The notes under the pieces: model-generated
The model's database searches: none
Seen by the model: only the letters and a program-made list of their open reading frames with translations
What the model was told of the DNA's origin: nothing
Shown here: piece after piece, positions 59,794-64,000 of the stretch
Layout of the letters: each line of letters starts with the position of its first letter
How positions within the stretch are numbered: the stretch's first letter is position 1
Assembly (NCBI GenBank): GCA_951406725.2
Contig: OX597828.1
Span: 75,950,001 to 76,014,000, forward strand
Origin: Octopus vulgaris
Taxonomy: Eukaryota
DNA length: 64,000 bases
Direction: 5' to 3'
Translations under genes and position numbers: made by a program

Positions 59794-60477
59794 TTATAGG
59801 GCATGTGCTACCGTCGTTGGCGGCCTGAAGGCTTGGTACCCTCTCATCCAGTAGATCTATGTAGACATTTTCATTGCAACCGTGTGTCTAGCTTATATAT
59901 GTTCTTCTGTTTCAGGCACAGTCTATGTAGGAGTACATGTGCTAATGCATACATTACATTCTTAGAAGGGTATGGCGAAATTGATGAGAGATTTGAATGT
60001 ATTGCCTAGCAGACGATGCGGTGATAGTCACTGATTTTAAGATATGCTTTATTTAACATTCATGATGTATCAAAAGACAAAAGGTGTTCACAGAGTGTCG
60101 CCACTTCGATAAATATCTACTCAAACACTGGAACATCATATTGTCACCTGACTGAATTATTACTTAGATAGCTTAATATTTTCCAGAAGCAATTACATTA
60201 CTTTTCTGCTCGGCTTTAACGTACACTCAAAATTTGCTATTGATGCATCCGGCCCATAACACACCTTTTAACATTTTCACAATCTCGTGTTATTGTCTGT
60301 TTGATAATCATCCTCACCTACTTACGCTGTAGCCGTTCCATTTAATCACACATCAATAAAATTAAATAAATATATTCTGTCCCATTATTTTGGGCTAAGC
60401 AAGGAAGTTATATCCTATCGGTATATAACGAACTATTGTCTTTGCATACACACAAACACACACACACATATACAAAG

Positions 60478-60534
<57 letters not shown>

Positions 60535-60798
60535 GGCGGACACCTTTCGGTCACGAATGGGCATGGGATGGGAGTACACCTAGAAAGTTCTTCTCCGAGG
60601 CCCAACTCAGGGCACTCCATGCATGCAAGCCTCCTCTACAGTTTGGGGCCTGTGAGGTGGAAACTCATTTCAACGGATAAGAGAAATACAGCTATGTGAA
60701 ATAAAGTGTCTTGCTCAAGAACACAACACACAGCTCAGGCATCGGACTCACTCCCTGGTAATTGTGAGCCCGATACTCTAAACACTGAGTCATGAGCC
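60535..60798 (-). mobile_element. tRNA-derived SINE (decayed)
   Basis: Minus strand TGACTCAGTG...TGTGTTGTGTTCTTGAGCAAGACACTTTATTTCAC, similar to the post-head region of the SINE at 232. Confidence 0.65.
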
Positions 60799-60909
<111 letters not shown>

Positions 60910-61004
60910 AAAGGTTTTATTTTTCTAAATCCACTTTATACTCAAAAGCTGTATTAAGTAATTTTTACAAAGACTTTCATATATACAAGTATATATAAAT
61001 ATAT

Positions 61005-61205
61005 TCTTTTATTCTTTTACTTGTTTCAGTCATTTGACTGCGGTCATGCTGGTACACTGCCTTTAGAACAATTCGACCTCAGGACTTATTCTTTGTAAGC
61101 CTAGCACTTATTCTATTGGTATCTTTTTCCGAACCGGTAAGTAACGGAGTCATAAGCCCACCAACATCGGTTGTGAAGCGATGGTAGGGGGACAAACATA
61201 GAACA

Positions 61206-61244
<39 letters not shown>

Positions 61245-61433
61245 GCACAGAATCCCACGTACACATATACGATGGACTTCTTTCAGTTTCCGTCTACCAA
61301 ATCCACTCACAAGATTCTGGTCCACTCGAGGCTTTAGTAGAAGACATTTGTCCAAAGTACCACACAGTCTGACTGAACGCGGAAACATGTGGTTGGTAAG
61401 TAAGCTACTTACCACACAGCCAGTTCTGTGCCT
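61005..61433 (-). mobile_element. Family A SINE
   Basis: Reverse complement of the 44233 copy with an internal (TG)n. Confidence 0.85.
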
Positions 61434-61764
61434 GCATGCATGTATGCATGTATATATTATCCTTTATATGCATTTGTTCCTATACCAGAAACACACGGAC
61501 GCCATTATTAAAAAGATTCGAATAAGCTCACTGATGTTTGCATTCAACTTTTATGCGCCATTGTCTGAAGATTCACTTTTATTTTCTCTGAATATCAAAC
61601 TTCAAGTAGGGAGCTGTAATAACTACGTTATGACTTATTGCAACGCACCAAATGTACTGAGTATTTTAAGTTTCATCACATTTATTGGTAGCATTATTGC
61701 ATACTGCACAGATACATATGCAATGATTGTTAACAAGTCTTTTCTAATAAAAAACGTTAATAAA

Positions 61765-62041
61765 TTAAAATGAGAATATCTCAAATAAACTCGACTGATC
61801 TCACAAATGAGCGCGACCTCTCTCAACAATTAAATAAAAAAACAGGAAAATAATCCAGAATCCTTGTCCGGTACCAGATCGACCCGAAAATCTAATCAAT
61901 TCGTGCAAGTTATGAGGACAAACGTTCCTGAAAGTTTCATCGGAATCCATGCAGCGGTTCTTGAGATATCTTGTTCACCACGGTCAAACAAACTGACAAG
62001 ACTGAAAGCAATACCTCTGCCTTAGCGAAGGCGGAGGTAAT
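61765..62041 (+). mobile_element. Helentron-associated non-autonomous element (HINE/DINE-1-like) 3' part
   Basis: Terminal hairpin TACCTCTGCCTT-AGCG-AAGGCGGAGGTA (62012-62039), preceded by AAAC-type repeats and GGTTCTTGAGATAT. Confidence 0.6.
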
Positions 62042-62293
62042 ACGCACAATGCAAAAAGTGCTGAGTAATCCTTCAGCTTAAAGTTAATTTTATATATAAC
62101 GTGACACACACATAAACGCACACACACACACACACACTCTCGCTTTCTCTTTCTATCTCACACACACACAACCATCCACCTCCATATTTATTTAGTAATA
62201 GATTGATTCGGTTCCATGCAGCTTAAAATTTCGTAGGCTCATCTATCGAACCCATCCCGCCTCGCTTAGAGACAGAAAAATAGATAGATAGAC

Positions 62294-62355
<62 letters not shown>

Positions 62356-62410
62356 GCAGAGACAGATAGATATATAGATAGATAGATTGATAGACAGACA
62401 GACAGATAGT

Positions 62411-62455
<45 letters not shown>

Positions 62456-63193
62456 CGATAAATAGAATAATAGATAGATGGAGAGATAGATAGATAGATA
62501 GATAGATCGATAGATAGATAGATAAATAGATAGGTAGATAGGGCGATGAATAGATTTGTATGTGTGTATTTAGTGGTAGTGACAACATCACACTGTTTTG
62601 TTCTTAGTTAAGGAATAGAAACCAGTCAAATTATCGAACATAACTAACCGCAGGATATTTCATTTAAGAACAAACTCTATGAACGAATCAAACAAACACA
62701 GATATCCACAAAATTGGATTATATTGTGTGAAATCTAAATACTTTAATTATATCAAATTTGTTTTGCACAAATACAGCCTACCTCACTAATATATATCGT
62801 TGTTGTGGATGAGTACGTAGTTGTGGGTTTTAAATATTTACAAATTTTTGCTTTCTTTGCGTCTATATTGTTGTCTTTTCGTTTGCTTGTTTATTTTAGT
62901 TTTGTTTTGTTGTATCTTGTGGTGTTTGCTTATAATTATTTATTTCATATTCCTTCTAAAATCCCTAAGGTGCTATCTGAGAATGCTAGCGATTGATTAA
63001 ACAATGATTGTGTTTATCTATGTGTGTGCGTATACATTTATTTGTGTATGCACGTACATACATACCTACATACACACTCACAGATATATATGTACATACA
63101 TACTCACAACACATAAATTTATACAAAAGTATACAAACATACATGCTCATATATATATATAAATATATATGCTCATATAGAGAGACACACATG

Positions 63194-63239
<46 letters not shown>

Positions 63240-64000
63240 AACACGCATATATATAGCTGTGACTGTGGTATCATGTGTGTGTTTGTGAAGTTATGTGTGT
63301 TTCTATGTATACCTCCAAACATGTATATGCTTTTCTACGTATATGCATATCGCAGCTATATATGCGCGTAAAGTTGCTATATTGATGCATGTGTATACGA
63401 ACACACACATACGTATATACACATATGTATATATATGCATTTATATATATATACAGGGGTTGAGATCATATTCATATGTACATGCGCATCTGCATATACA
63501 TTCACTTTATATACACAGACATCAATTCATCTACAAATACCGCTACGTATTGATTGTGCTGACAATTACGCCTTAATCCACGCACCATTTTGGATACATG
63601 GAAACTAAATATTTTTTGTTGAAATGTTATTCGTTTATATATATATGTTTCTGTCTTATTTTCTAATTTTATTGTTAAACCTTGTAAAATATTTAAATTT
63701 CTGCTTGTCTTTAAATCTTACTTTTTTTAAACCTTTTTTATTCTGTAATTTTCTTTGGAATAATTGGATACTTTGCTCATTACCAAATGAATCAGATATT
63801 AAGAAGGAAATTGGTATTTTTACGATATACAGTCTTACCATTTTATTAGCATTATCGCCCTCAACCAAAAAGGTATTATTTTAGACACGCTGTTGTCTTA
63901 TCCAATATGAATGTAACATTAGGATTTGCAATATTCTATGTATTTCTATATTACAAATGCTATAATATTATTTCTTCCTTAGTAGATGGAATAAGGAGAA

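Noticed and set aside
62012-62039. GC-rich hairpin resembling an intrinsic terminator
   Set aside because: Eukaryotic DNA with no U-tract. It fits a Helentron-type terminal palindrome.

Overview
Eukaryotic, AT-rich, repeat-saturated DNA, apparently intronic or intergenic. The microsatellite density and tRNA-derived SINE families look like an octopus (coleoid cephalopod) genome; this is inference from sequence character only. There is no intact host gene, and almost all listed ORFs are microsatellite translations. Recognisable content: more than 20 tRNA-head SINE copies from at least 4 families, a decayed RTE LINE (21.0-23.4 kb), R4/Dong-type and HERO-like RLE LINE fragments, Penelope-like element (PLE) fragments, non-autonomous Helitrons, a Helentron-type end, decayed mariner/Tc1 copies and a 2.2-kb (AAT)n array. 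Most notable: (1) a non-coding retroposon present twice, where one copy holds a 212-bp GT-AG intron that is precisely absent from the other; (2) six distinct type-I hammerhead-ribozyme motifs at PLE-like ends (one fully canonical, one with a ~95-nt helix II insert, one with an apparent U3-A8 core covariation), two of them inside long tail-out inverted repeats; (3) a candidate 13-nt microexon in a repeat-free island, possibly part of a minus-strand host gene.
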